Shown: piece by piece, positions 1 to 9,250 of the stretch | How positions within the stretch are numbered: the stretch's first letter is position 1 | Layout of the letters: each line of letters begins with the position of its first letter | From: an uncultured Chloroflexia bacterium | GTDB lineage: Bacteria; Chloroflexota; Limnocylindria; Limnocylindrales; CSP1-4 | Reading direction: 5' to 3' | NCBI GenBank assembly: GCA_963813335.1 | Contig: CAWEYL010000007.1 | Location: 1-64,000, forward strand | DNA: 64,000 nt | Position numbers and translations under genes: made by a program | The notes under the pieces: generated by a model | Seen by the model: the letters and a program-made list of their open reading frames with translations, nothing else | What the model was told of the DNA's origin: nothing | The model's database searches: none

Positions 1-2
1 TC

Positions 3-824
3 ATGGGCACCTCCACCTGCCACATGGTCCTCGCCCCGGACGAGCGCAGCGTGCCCGGGATGTGCGGGCGCGTCGAGGACGGGATCATCCCCGGCCTGAT
101 CGGCTACGAGGCCGGGCAGTCATGCGTCGGCGACCACTTCGGCTGGTTCGTGGACCAGTGCCTGCCGGGCGCCTACCACGACGAGGCCCGCGCCCGCGGC
201 ATCGACATCCACGAGCTGCTCCAGGAGAAGGCGGGCCGCCAGGTCGCCGGCGAATCCGGGCTGCTGGCCCTCGATTGGTGGAACGGCAACCGCTCGATCC
301 TCGTCGACGCGGCCGTGGGCGGCCTGCTGGTCGGGGCGACACTCTCGACGACGCCCGTGGAGATCTACCGCGCCCTGATCGAGGCGACCGCCTACGGGAC
401 GCGCGTGATCATCGAGACCCTCGAGGCCAACGGCGTGCCGGTCCGCGACATCGTCGCCTGCGGCGGCCTGGCCGAGAAGAGCCCGCTGGTGCTGCAGATC
501 TACGCCGACGTCACCGGGCGGCCGTTCCGGGTCAGCGCCTCGGACCAGACGCCCGCCCTTGGGTCCGCGATGTTCGGCGCGGTCGCCGCCGGTGCCGCTG
601 CCGGAGGCTACGCCACCATCGAGGACGCGGCGCGGGCGATGGCGCGGCTCAAGGACGTGGTGTACGCGCCGAGTGCGGCCGACCGCGCGGCCTACGATGT
701 CCTCTACCGTGAATACGTCCGGCTGCACGACTACTTCGGCCGTGGCGAGAACGACGTCATGAAGGTGCTGCGCGGCCTGCGCGCGCAGGCGAAGACCAGC
801 GGTCCCGTGACGGTGCCGGCATGA
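3..824 (+). CDS. araB: Ribulokinase, C-terminal part (5' end lies outside the window)
   Basis: FGGY kinase motifs [24 protein letters not shown] and [10 protein letters not shown]; first gene of an araB-araD-araA run. Confidence 0.93.
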   Translation: MGTSTCHMVLAPDERSVPGMCGRVEDGIIPGLIGYEAGQSCVGDHFGWFVDQCLPGAYHDEARARGIDIHELLQEKAGRQVAGESGLLALDWWNGNRSILVDAAVGGLLVGATLSTTPVEIYRALIEATAYGTRVIIETLEANGVPVRDIVACGGLAEKSPLVLQIYADVTGRPFRVSASDQTPALGSAMFGAVAAGAAAGGYATIEDAARAMARLKDVVYAPSAADRAAYDVLYREYVRLHDYFGRGENDVMKVLRGLRAQAKTSGPVTVPA

Positions 825-1471
825 CGATGCGACTCGAGGCGCTCCGCGAGGAGCTCGTCCGCCTCCACGCCGAGCTGCCACGCAACGGCCTGGTCGCCTG
901 GACCGGCGGCAACGTCAGCGCCAGAGACCCGGGGACCGGGCTCGTGGCGATCAAGCCGTCGGGCGTCCGGTACGAGGACCTGACCGCCGAATCGATGGTC
1001 GTGCTCGACATCGACGGGCGCGTCGTCGAGGGCGCCCTCCACCCCTCGTCGGACACCGCGAGCCACCTCTACATCTACCGCAAGCGGCCCGACGTCAACG
1101 GGGTCGTCCATACCCACTCCCGCTATGCGACGGCGTTCGCCGCGGTGGGCCGCTCCATCCCGGTCTACCTCACCGCCCAGGCCGACGAGTTCGGCGGCGA
1201 GATCCCCTGCGCGGACTTCGCGTTCATCGGCGACGAGGCCATCGGGACGCTCGTGGTCGACGGCCTCGGCGACAGCCCGGCCATCCTGCTCAAGCAGCAC
1301 GGCGTGTTCACGGTCGGCCCCACGGCCGAGGCCGCGGTCAAGACCGCGGTCATGGTCGAGGACATCGCCGCGACGGTCTGGGCGGCCCTCCAGATCGGGA
1401 CGCCGGAGGTCCTCCCCGACGAGGCGGTGGAGCGGCTCCACCGGCGCTACACGAACGAGTACGGCCAATGA
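821..1471 (+). CDS. araD: L-ribulose-5-phosphate 4-epimerase (class II aldolase fold)
   Basis: [25 protein letters not shown] and LLKQHG motifs; ATGA overlap with araB. Confidence 0.93.
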   Translation: MTMRLEALREELVRLHAELPRNGLVAWTGGNVSARDPGTGLVAIKPSGVRYEDLTAESMVVLDIDGRVVEGALHPSSDTASHLYIYRKRPDVNGVVHTHSRYATAFAAVGRSIPVYLTAQADEFGGEIPCADFAFIGDEAIGTLVVDGLGDSPAILLKQHGVFTVGPTAEAAVKTAVMVEDIAATVWAALQIGTPEVLPDEAVERLHRRYTNEYGQ

Positions 1472-1494
1472 CCAGCGAGCTGAGGAGTCACGGC

Positions 1495-3000
1495 ATGCGC
1501 GACCTCGGAGCGTACGAGGTGTGGTTCGTCACCGGCAGTCAGCACTTGTATGGACCGGAGACGATCCGGACCGTCGCCGCACACGCGACGGAGGTGGCCG
1601 CCGCGCTCGATGCGGCGGCGGCGATCCCGGTCAAGGTGGTCGCGAAGCCGGTCGTCACCGACGCGGAGGGGATCCGCGCGCTCTTCCTCGAGGCGAATGC
1701 CACGCCGGCCTGCATCGGGGTCATCGCCTGGATGCACACGTTCTCGCCGGCCAAGATGTGGATCGGCGGCCTGGACGCACTGCAGCGGCCGCTCCTCCAC
1801 CTGCACACGCAGTACCACGGGGAGATCCCGTGGGACGCCATCGACATGGACTTCATGAACCTCAACCAGGCCGCCCACGGCGACCGCGAGTTCGGGTTCA
1901 TGGCGGCCCGGATGCGCATCGAGCACAAGGTCGTCGCCGGCCACTGGACGCGGCCCGAGGTCCACGAGCGCGTGGGCGCCTGGACGCGCGCCGCGGCGGC
2001 GAAGCGTGACTGGGAGACCGGCCGGATCGCCCGCTTCGGGGACAACATGCGCGACGTCGCGGTCACCGAGGGCGACAAGGTCGAGGCGACGCGGCGGCTC
2101 GGCTTCCGGGTCGACACCTTCGGGGTCGGCGACCTCGTGGCGGTCATCGCGGAGACCAGCGATGCCGAGGTCGACGCGCTGATCGCGACCTACGTCGAGG
2201 AGTACGACCTCGACCCGGTCCTCTGCCCCGGCGCCGAGCGCGCCGAGTCGCTGCGCGACGGAGCCCGTATCGAGATCGGCCTGCGCCGCTTCCTCGATGC
2301 CGGCGGCTTCTCGACCTTCACCACGACCTTCGAGGACCTCCACGGCCTGACCCAGCTACCCGGGCTCGCGGTCCAGCGGCTGATGCGCGACGGCTACGGG
2401 TTCGGCGCCGAGGGCGACTGGAAGACCGCGGCGATGGTCCGCGCGATGAAGGTCATGTCGAGCGGGCTGCCCGGCGGCGTCTCGTTCATGGAGGACTACA
2501 CCTACCACATGACCCCGAGCGGCGACCTCAGCCTCGGCGCGCACATGCTCGAGGTCTGCGAGTCGATCGCCGGGCGCAAGCCGCGGCTCGAGATCCATCC
2601 GCTGGGGATCGGCGGCAAGGCCGACCCGGTCCGGCTCGTCTTCGATGCCCACCCCGGGCCGGCGGTCGCGGCGTCGATCATCGACATGGGCTCGCGCTTC
2701 CGGATGGTGGCCACGGTCGTCGACGTCATCGACCCGCCGCAGCCGCTGCCGCGCCTGCCGGTCGCCCGGGCGGTCTGGAAGCCGCGGCCCGACCTCGCCA
2801 CCAACGCGGCGGGCTGGATCTACGCCGGTGGCTCGCACCACACGAGCTTCGGCTACCCGGTCACGCCCGAGCACCTGGCCGACTTCGCGGCGATGTCGCG
2901 GGTGGAGTTCGTCCTCATCGACGAGGAGACCCGGCTCGACCGTTTCCGCGACCAGCTCCGCTGGAACGACCTCTACTACCACCTCGCCAACGGGCTCTGA
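1495..3000 (+). CDS. araA: L-arabinose isomerase
   Basis: [36 protein letters not shown] and GAHMLEVC motifs; GAGGAG RBS before ATG 1495 (the ORF track starts at 1468). Confidence 0.96.
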   Translation: MRDLGAYEVWFVTGSQHLYGPETIRTVAAHATEVAAALDAAAAIPVKVVAKPVVTDAEGIRALFLEANATPACIGVIAWMHTFSPAKMWIGGLDALQRPLLHLHTQYHGEIPWDAIDMDFMNLNQAAHGDREFGFMAARMRIEHKVVAGHWTRPEVHERVGAWTRAAAAKRDWETGRIARFGDNMRDVAVTEGDKVEATRRLGFRVDTFGVGDLVAVIAETSDAEVDALIATYVEEYDLDPVLCPGAERAESLRDGARIEIGLRRFLDAGGFSTFTTTFEDLHGLTQLPGLAVQRLMRDGYGFGAEGDWKTAAMVRAMKVMSSGLPGGVSFMEDYTYHMTPSGDLSLGAHMLEVCESIAGRKPRLEIHPLGIGGKADPVRLVFDAHPGPAVAASIIDMGSRFRMVATVVDVIDPPQPLPRLPVARAVWKPRPDLATNAAGWIYAGGSHHTSFGYPVTPEHLADFAAMSRVEFVLIDEETRLDRFRDQLRWNDLYYHLANGL

Positions 3001-3020
3001 GCCCGCGAGCGCATCTCCCA

Positions 3021-3059
3021 GCGGGCCGGGCCGGGTCCTCCTCCCACGGCCCGGCCCGC
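3021..3059 (+). terminator. 13-bp GC hairpin after araA, with a CCTCCTCCC loop
   Basis: GCGGGCCGGGCCG (3021-3033) is the perfect inverted repeat of CGGCCCGGCCCGC (3047-3059); lies between convergent genes. Confidence 0.6.
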
Positions 3060-3122
3060 ACCCTTTCCTGATGCGGGCCGGGTCGCGCTGAACGCCGGGT
3101 GCCGGCGCCGGTGCCGTGCCGG

Positions 3123-3617
3123 TCAGCCCTTGGCGATCTCCGCGGCCAGACGGTCGTAGGTGTCGAGCGCGCCACCGACCATGCCGACCTCGAGCTGGGT
3201 CTCGAGGTCCTCGATCGTCGGGAAGCGGCTCCGCTCCGTCATCCGCGTGCGCCCGCCGACGTCCTCGAGGGTGAGGGTCTCATGGCCGGCCTTGTCCGCG
3301 AACCCGGGGATGTCCACGATGAACGTCCGGACGATCCGTTCGAGCGGGACCACCTCGAGGTACTCGCCCATGAACGCGACGTCCTCGCCGTCGGTCGTGT
3401 GGTTGATATAGCGCCAGCGGCCACCCGTGCGGAGGTCCATCTCCACGACGGTCGTGGTGTAGCCGTGGGGACCCCACCAGTCGGTGATGCGCTCCGGGTC
3501 GGTGATGACCTTCCAGACCAGCTCGCGCGGGGCGTCGAAGACCCGCTCGAAGACGAGCTCGAGGCCGTCCTGGTAGATCGTGGTCCGCTCGTTGCCGAGC
3601 TGTCGTGCTGCCGTCAT
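3123..3617 (-). CDS. SRPBCC/AHSA1-like (START fold) protein
   Basis: ERVFDAPRELVWK..TDPE....WWGP and MDLRTGGRWRY signature; AAGGAG RBS; start overlaps the ArsR stop. Confidence 0.9.
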   Translation of the reverse strand: MTAARQLGNERTTIYQDGLELVFERVFDAPRELVWKVITDPERITDWWGPHGYTTTVVEMDLRTGGRWRYINHTTDGEDVAFMGEYLEVVPLERIVRTFIVDIPGFADKAGHETLTLEDVGGRTRMTERSRFPTIEDLETQLEVGMVGGALDTYDRLAAEIAKG

Positions 3618-4003
3618 CGGTCGGCTCCTTTCGTCGGTCGCGGGCCACGCGGTCCGCGCTTCGGGGCAGGCGTCGGCGCCTGGATCTCCTGGAGGTAGTC
3701 GCCAAGGCGGTCGAAGCTCGCCTCCCAATGGCGGCGGTACTGGCCGAGCCAGTCGCTGACGTCGCGCAGCGGCTCCGGCGTGAGGCGGCAGGGCCGCCAC
3801 TGGGCCTGGCGGCCCTGCTCGATCAGGCCCGCCCGCTGGAGCACCTTGAGATGCTTCGAGATCGCCGGCAGGCTCAGGTCGTACGGCGCCGCCAGCTCCG
3901 TCACGGTGGCCTCACCCTGGGCGAGCCGCGCCAGGATGCCGCGGCGGGTCGGATCGGCCAGCGCCGCGAACGTCGTGCTGATGGGATCGGACTGGGTCTG
4001 CAT
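3614..4003 (-). CDS. ArsR/SmtB family transcriptional regulator
   Basis: FAALADPTRRGIL..L and SLPAISKHLKVL..AGLI motifs; classic ArsR-SRPBCC pair; AAGGAG RBS. Confidence 0.93.
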   Translation of the reverse strand: MQTQSDPISTTFAALADPTRRGILARLAQGEATVTELAAPYDLSLPAISKHLKVLQRAGLIEQGRQAQWRPCRLTPEPLRDVSDWLGQYRRHWEASFDRLGDYLQEIQAPTPAPKRGPRGPRPTKGADR

Positions 4004-4013
4004 TTCTCCTTCC

Positions 4014-4060
4014 GGTTAATTAACCTAACGGCATAATACAGGTCCGCGGACGAGTGTCAA
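4014..4060 (-). promoter_or_regulatory. Sigma70-type promoter plus palindromic operator of the ArsR-SRPBCC operon
   Basis: On the minus strand TTGACA (4060-4055), 16-nt spacer, TATTAT (4038-4033); perfect palindrome GGTTAATTAACC at 4014-4025. Confidence 0.7.
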
Positions 4061-4105
4061 CCCCCCATCGACCGACGTGGTTTCGTCGTCCCGAATGGGG
4101 ACTGA

Positions 4106-4516
4106 TCAGGGGCACGCCGACGATGGCGAGGCGGTCGCGGACTCGATGCCCGCGGGCCGTGCTTGTCGATGGTCGCCGGCCTCGACCTCGCCGGCGTCCG
4201 TCACGGTGACATCGAGACTCGATCGGTCGAACGGGACCGTCGCGAGCTCGTTGCAGTCGGCGTCGAAGACAGTGACGGTCCAGCCCTGCTCCGGGACGCC
4301 GCCAAGGCTCGAGTCGACGGTGACCGCGCTGCGCTGCGGGACGAGGACGGTGATCGGAGCGAGCACGCCCTTCGCGACCCGCATGATTACGTCGTGGTCC
4401 GTCTCGTTGATCCCTGACACCGCGTAGCCCGCGCTGTCGCAGGCAGCCACGGCGAGCACGACGAGCGCCACGATCGACAGGCGTCCGAGGCGAGTCACGG
4501 GAGGGCGCATCCGCAT
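4106..4516 (-). CDS. Hypothetical lipoprotein
   Basis: Basic N-terminus, hydrophobic stretch and lipobox VAAC; start uncertain (4516 or 4510). Confidence 0.6.
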   Translation of the reverse strand: MRMRPPVTRLGRLSIVALVVLAVAACDSAGYAVSGINETDHDVIMRVAKGVLAPITVLVPQRSAVTVDSSLGGVPEQGWTVTVFDADCNELATVPFDRSSLDVTVTDAGEVEAGDHRQARPAGIESATASPSSACP

Positions 4517-4655
4517 GCGCCACACGGTAGCCGTGGCTGGCCAGCCGCGCGCTCGTCGAATCCGCGATCCGCCCGCCGGAGCAGCGTTCGACCGTCCCGG
4601 CGAGAATGGCGGGGTCCGCCGACCAGCGACCGGCGACCCGGGCAAGGAGATCCAC

Positions 4656-5090
4656 ATGACCGCGTCCTTCACCGTCAGCCCCTCGCCGATGCCCATCGCC
4701 GGCATCGACCCGGACGCCGCCTACCAGCCGGGCGTGTGCAACATCGGTCCGGACGAGATCCGCCGCCGACGCCGCTCCGGACTCGTCGGGCTCAGCAGCG
4801 CCGTCGGGCTGTTCGCTGTGCTCGTCGTGGTCGGCGCTCCGCCCATCGCGCGGGCGCTCGTCGGGCTGCCGGCGGTCATCGCCGCGTCCGGCTACCTCCA
4901 GGCGCACCTCCGGTTCTGCGCAGGGTTCGGCCAGCTCGGCGTGTTCAACTTCGGGACGGTCGGCGAGGCCGAGCACGTGGAGGATCCCGAAGCGCGAGCG
5001 AAGGACCGGGCGAAGGCACGCCAGATCGGGCTGATGAGCTTCGCGGTCGGAATCGTCGTCGCGATCGTCGCAGTGACGGTGCCGCTGTGA
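4656..5090 (+). CDS. Small membrane protein (YQPGVCNIG..EIRRRR type)
   Basis: AAGGAGA RBS, three hydrophobic segments, CNIG and FC.GF motifs. Confidence 0.75.
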   Translation: MTASFTVSPSPMPIAGIDPDAAYQPGVCNIGPDEIRRRRRSGLVGLSSAVGLFAVLVVVGAPPIARALVGLPAVIAASGYLQAHLRFCAGFGQLGVFNFGTVGEAEHVEDPEARAKDRAKARQIGLMSFAVGIVVAIVAVTVPL

Positions 5091-5539
5091 GCTGGGCCGC
5101 CTTTGAGGCCGCTGCACCGGATCTGGCCGCGCAGGCCCACCGGCTGATCTTCCGGAGCGGGCAGGGCTCGGTCCTGCTCGCGACCGTCCGCGGCGACGAC
5201 CCGCCGCGTATCCACCCGATCTCGGTCGCGATCGTCGACGGGCGGCTGCTCGCATTCATCATCCTGACCGGCCCCAAGCGCCGCGACCTCGAGATGGACG
5301 GCCGCTACGCGATGCACTCGCACCTCGACCTGGCCGCGCCGGACGAGGTCTCGATCCGGGGGCGGGCGACGCTGGTCACGGATCCCGCGGTCCGCGCCGC
5401 GGCGATCGCGGTCTGGCCGTTCGAGGCCGACGACGACTACGCGCTGTTCGACTTCGCGATCGAGACGTGCGTGCTCGGCCTCCGCGGCGCGGACGAGTGG
5501 CCACCGCGCTACACGTCCTGGAGCGCCGCGTCGGCGTGA
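5087..5539 (+). CDS. Pyridoxamine 5'-phosphate oxidase-like (split-barrel flavin/F420-binding) protein
   Basis: SWAAFEAAAPDLA, LATVR.D..PRIHPI and KRRDL..DGRYAMHS; GTGA overlap with the upstream stop. Confidence 0.8.
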   Translation: MSWAAFEAAAPDLAAQAHRLIFRSGQGSVLLATVRGDDPPRIHPISVAIVDGRLLAFIILTGPKRRDLEMDGRYAMHSHLDLAAPDEVSIRGRATLVTDPAVRAAAIAVWPFEADDDYALFDFAIETCVLGLRGADEWPPRYTSWSAASA

Positions 5540-5570
5540 CACCGCGGGCGCCGGCGGTCAGGCTGCACGG

Positions 5571-6230
5571 GTGACCCCCGAGCAGCGACGCAGCTTCATC
5601 GCGGCGCATGCCGTCCCGACGGCCCCGCCGCTCGTGCCGGAGGTCACGCTGCTGGAAGGCGGCGACTCCATGACCCTCTGGGAGGCCGCCGCGCTCACCG
5701 ACATGCGGCCGGCCGTGCCCCCGCCCTACTGGGCGTGGCCCTGGGCCGGCGGGCAGGCGCTGGCGCGCTACGTCCTGGACCATCCCGAGCTGGTGCGCGG
5801 TCGCGTCGCCGCCGACATCGGGACCGGCGGCGGGGTCGTCGCTATCGCCGCGGCCCTCGCCGGAGCCATCCGGGTGGCCGCTATCGACATCGAGCCATTC
5901 GCCATCGAGGCCTGTCGGCTCAACGCGGCGGCGAACGGCGTGGCCGCCATCGTCGACCCGATCGAAGCCGACCCGACGAACACCGACGACGGCTGGGACG
6001 TCGTGCTCGTCGGGGACCTCTGGTACGAGTCCGAGGTCTCGCGCCGGATCGAGCCGTGGCTGCGCTCGCTGGCCCGCCGCGGCGCCACCGTCCTCACCGG
6101 CGACCTCGGCCGCGCCTACCTGCCGACGGACGGCCTCGAGACCCTGGCCACAGGCGTGGTCCCCACGACCGTCGATCTCGAGGACGCGACCTCCAAGGCC
6201 GTCCGGGTGCTCAGGATCCTGCCCGGCTGA
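5571..6230 (+). CDS. Class I SAM-dependent methyltransferase (PrmA/lysine methyltransferase-like)
   Basis: PPPYWAWPWAGGQALARY, DIGTGGG and GDLWYE motifs. Confidence 0.88.
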   Translation: MTPEQRRSFIAAHAVPTAPPLVPEVTLLEGGDSMTLWEAAALTDMRPAVPPPYWAWPWAGGQALARYVLDHPELVRGRVAADIGTGGGVVAIAAALAGAIRVAAIDIEPFAIEACRLNAAANGVAAIVDPIEADPTNTDDGWDVVLVGDLWYESEVSRRIEPWLRSLARRGATVLTGDLGRAYLPTDGLETLATGVVPTTVDLEDATSKAVRVLRILPG

Positions 6231-7512
6231 CGCTGCCGCTCCGGGCGACGACCTCGCGCAGCCGCCCCTCGAGGAAGGCCCGTTCGGGAGCGTTGGTGGT
6301 GAGTGCCAGGGCCCGGCGGTAGGCGGCAGCCGCCTCGGACCAGCGACCGAGGCGGCGGAGCAGGTCGGCCCGCCCGGCGTGAAGGTACGGATAGGTCTCG
6401 AGCGCGCCGCTCGCCGCCAGCCCGTCCATCATCGCGAGCCCGATCGCCGGGCCGTCCGCCATCGCGACGGCCACCGCCAGGTTGAGCTCGACCACCGGCG
6501 ACGGCGCCATCCGCAGCAGCGTGTGGTAGAGCGCCGCGATCCCGGCCCAGTCCGTGTCGGCCGGGGTCGGCGCCTCGTCGTGGAGGGCCGCGATGGCGGC
6601 CTGGACCTGGTAGGGCCCCGGTCGGCCGGCGGCCATCGCCCGGTCCACCAGCGCCCGGCCTTCCTCGATCGCCTGGCGGTCCCAGCGCGAGCGGTCCTGC
6701 TCGTCGAGCAGCACCAGCTCGCCGCCCTCGCGGATCCGTGCCTCCCGACGGGCGTCGTGGAGGAGCATCAGGGCGAGCAGGCCGGTCGCCTCGGGCTCGT
6801 CGGGGAGCAGCTCCACGACGATCCGTGCCAGGCGGATGGCCTCCGCACAGAGCTCGCGCCGGATCAGGGCATCGCCCGAGGTCGCCGCGTAGCCCTCGTT
6901 GAAGACGAGGTACAGGACGTGGAGCACGCCGTCGAGCCGTTCCGGCAGCAGCTCGGCGGGCGGGACGCGGTACGGGATCCCGGCGTCGCGGATCTTGCGC
7001 TTGGCCCGGACGAGGCGCTGGGCGAGCGTCGGCTCCGGCACGAGGAACGCCCGCGCGATCTCGGGAGTGGTCAGGCCGCCGAGGGTGCGCAGGGTCAGCG
7101 CCACCCGGCCGTCCATCGGCAGCGCCGGATGGCAGCACGTGAAGATCAGCCGCAGCTGGTCGTCCGCGATCGGGCTCATCGCATCCTCGCTCAGGGCCTG
7201 CATCGCCGTCTCCCGCCGGTCCGCCTCGAAGGCCGCGTCCCGCGCCAGCAGGACCTGTCGCTCCGCGAAACGACGGTCCCGGCGGAGCCGGTCGATCGCC
7301 CGGTTGCGGGCGGTCGTCGTGATCCACGCGGCCGGGTTGTCCGGGAGGCCGCGGGCGGGCCACGTCTCGAGCGCCGCAACGAACGCTTCCTGGACCATCT
7401 CCTCGGCGAGGTCGAAGTCGCCCAGCACGCGGATGAGCGTCGCGACCGCCCGTCCCGAGCCTTCACGGAACAGGCGGTCGACGACCTCGTGCGTGACCTC
7501 GGTGGTCGGCAA
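6211..7512 (-). CDS. ECF sigma factor with C-terminal TPR extension (ECF42-like)
   Basis: Sigma2 region DFDLAEEMVQEAF and W..TTARNRAIDRLRR; DDQLRLIFTCCHPAL; LYLVFNEGY; long TPR-like tail; downstream of a DGPF gene. Confidence 0.92.
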   Translation of the reverse strand: MPTTEVTHEVVDRLFREGSGRAVATLIRVLGDFDLAEEMVQEAFVAALETWPARGLPDNPAAWITTTARNRAIDRLRRDRRFAERQVLLARDAAFEADRRETAMQALSEDAMSPIADDQLRLIFTCCHPALPMDGRVALTLRTLGGLTTPEIARAFLVPEPTLAQRLVRAKRKIRDAGIPYRVPPAELLPERLDGVLHVLYLVFNEGYAATSGDALIRRELCAEAIRLARIVVELLPDEPEATGLLALMLLHDARREARIREGGELVLLDEQDRSRWDRQAIEEGRALVDRAMAAGRPGPYQVQAAIAALHDEAPTPADTDWAGIAALYHTLLRMAPSPVVELNLAVAVAMADGPAIGLAMMDGLAASGALETYPYLHAGRADLLRRLGRWSEAAAAYRRALALTTNAPERAFLEGRLREVVARSGSVSRAGS

Positions 7513-7542
7513 GCGGGATCGTCGGGCGGTCGGGCGGACGGG

Positions 7543-7938
7543 TCAGTCGGCGGCGACGGGGCGGCGTTCCTCGTCGGTGGCCATCGATCCGTCCCCGAAG
7601 TCCCAGATCGGGCGCACCTCGATGGCGCCGTCCCGGGCGGCCGGGATCATCGCGGCATAGGCGATCGCCTCGTCGAGGTCGGCCGCCTTGACGATGTACA
7701 ACCCACCGAGCGCCTCCTTGGTCTCGGCGTACGGCCCGTCGGTGGCGATCGTCTTCCCCTCCACGACGCGCACGGTGGTCGCGGCGGTCGTCGGGTGAAG
7801 GGCCTCGCCGGCCTCGAGCGCGCCTCGATCGCGGACATGCTGGGTGAACCGGTCGTACTCGCCGATCGACTCGGCCATGGCCTCCTCGGGCGGGACCTCG
7901 GTGGCCTCGCGTGCGTAGATCAAGAGGGCGTAGCGCAT
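7543..7938 (-). CDS. YciI/DGPF family protein
   Basis: TDGPYAETKEALGG and IEVRP motifs; AAGGAG RBS; typical ECF42 partner. Confidence 0.92.
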   Translation of the reverse strand: MRYALLIYAREATEVPPEEAMAESIGEYDRFTQHVRDRGALEAGEALHPTTAATTVRVVEGKTIATDGPYAETKEALGGLYIVKAADLDEAIAYAAMIPAARDGAIEVRPIWDFGDGSMATDEERRPVAAD

Positions 7939-7987
7939 CGGACGGTCGCTCCTTCGGCTGCTCGGCCGCACGCGGCGGCCCTTGTCA

Positions 7988-9172
7988 TCACGACGAACGG
8001 GCACCCGCCGAATCGACCGGCGTCGTCAGGTACCTGGCGGGCGAGGCGGCGACCTCGGGCTCGACGGTCCCCTCGGCCTCGGCGGCGCGCCGCGCGACTT
8101 CTTCGGCGAGCACCTCGGCGAGGTAGGCCAGGTTCTGCTTCAGGGCGGTGTCCAGCATCGGCAGGACCATGGCCCAGATGCCGCGGTCCTTCGCGCTGCG
8201 CGGGCGCAGGACGCGCGCTGTCAGGCGGGTCCCGTCGCCTTCGGCCTCGTAGGCGTACATCAGCGTGAACTTCGGGATTCCCGGTTCGGGGATCTGGAGC
8301 TTCTGGGTCCAGTAGTCGTAGGGCCGCCAGTCGACGATCTCCTCGACGATCGCGTCCTTGCCGTGGACGCAGTGATTGGTTGTACCGACGCCGCGCCGTC
8401 CGCTGGTGGTCATCTCGTCCACGCGGAGCACCCCGTGCTGCCATTGCGGGCGGCGGGCCGGCGAGGTCTGATAGTCCCAGGCGAGCGCCGGAGGCGCGGG
8501 AAGGAACGCCGTGTCGGCAAAGATCGCGTCCTTCGCCTCGACGAAGACGCGGGTCCGTCCCTGCTCCTCGGCCCACGCCGCGTGCAGGTCGCGGACCCAG
8601 ACCGTGATCTCGCCGAGGTGCTCGTACGTCTCGCGGTGGGCGATGAGCCCGGCGGCCGCCGGGTCGGCCAGCCCCATCGCCTCGATGCAGGCGTCGGAGT
8701 AGAGGGCGTACGCGGACAGGCCGAGCGTCGCCTCGACCTCGTTCTTGAGCAGGCGGTGGATCTCGATGATCGGCCGACCGGCCAGCTCCTCGCGACCGGC
8801 GATCCGCTGGCGGGCGATCGTGCCGTGGTGGGCGACCATCTTCAGGTCCAGCGCGGGCATCCGGCTGCAGGCGTCGCAGTCGCAGATCGAGGACTGCCCG
8901 ATGTCGCGGAGGCGGCGCCGGAACGCGAAGTAGGTCCGCTCCATCGCGTCCTGGAGCGCCGAGCCGTCGACGGTCGGCGCGATGGCGTAGACGAACGCCG
9001 CGTCGCCCTCGAGCTTGGCCAGGCGGAACGTCGGGCGGAACGCGGTCACGACCGTGTCCATGAGGTCGGCCAGGATGTCCTGGGCGTGGTCGAGCTCGAC
9101 GCCGGCGAGGTAGCTCGTGTACCCGGAGATGTCGGCGATGATCAGGCAGGCGGGTTCGGGTGCGTTGTGCAT
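7988..9172 (-). CDS. DUF2652 (class III nucleotidyl-cyclase-like) domain fused to an SRPBCC domain
   Basis: IIADISGYTSY, KLEGDA, CDCDAC, LDLKMVAHHG and HRLLKN, followed by a START-like C-terminal domain (AWDY...R.GVGTTNHCVHG). Confidence 0.8.
   Translation of the reverse strand: MHNAPEPACLIIADISGYTSYLAGVELDHAQDILADLMDTVVTAFRPTFRLAKLEGDAAFVYAIAPTVDGSALQDAMERTYFAFRRRLRDIGQSSICDCDACSRMPALDLKMVAHHGTIARQRIAGREELAGRPIIEIHRLLKNEVEATLGLSAYALYSDACIEAMGLADPAAAGLIAHRETYEHLGEITVWVRDLHAAWAEEQGRTRVFVEAKDAIFADTAFLPAPPALAWDYQTSPARRPQWQHGVLRVDEMTTSGRRGVGTTNHCVHGKDAIVEEIVDWRPYDYWTQKLQIPEPGIPKFTLMYAYEAEGDGTRLTARVLRPRSAKDRGIWAMVLPMLDTALKQNLAYLAEVLAEEVARRAAEAEGTVEPEVAASPARYLTTPVDSAGARSS
7992..8018 (-). promoter_or_regulatory. 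Putative ECF42-type promoter of the yciI-sigma operon
   Basis: GGTCGA, 15-nt spacer, TTCGTC on the minus strand; resembles the TGTCGA / CG(A/T)C promoters described for ECF42 sigmas. Confidence 0.55.
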
Positions 9173-9250
9173 GGCGTCCCTTCGACGGGTCCCTGGGGGC
9201 CCTCATCATCCTCGCGGCCGTGACGGCTGTCGAGCGGTATCGTGTTCGAC

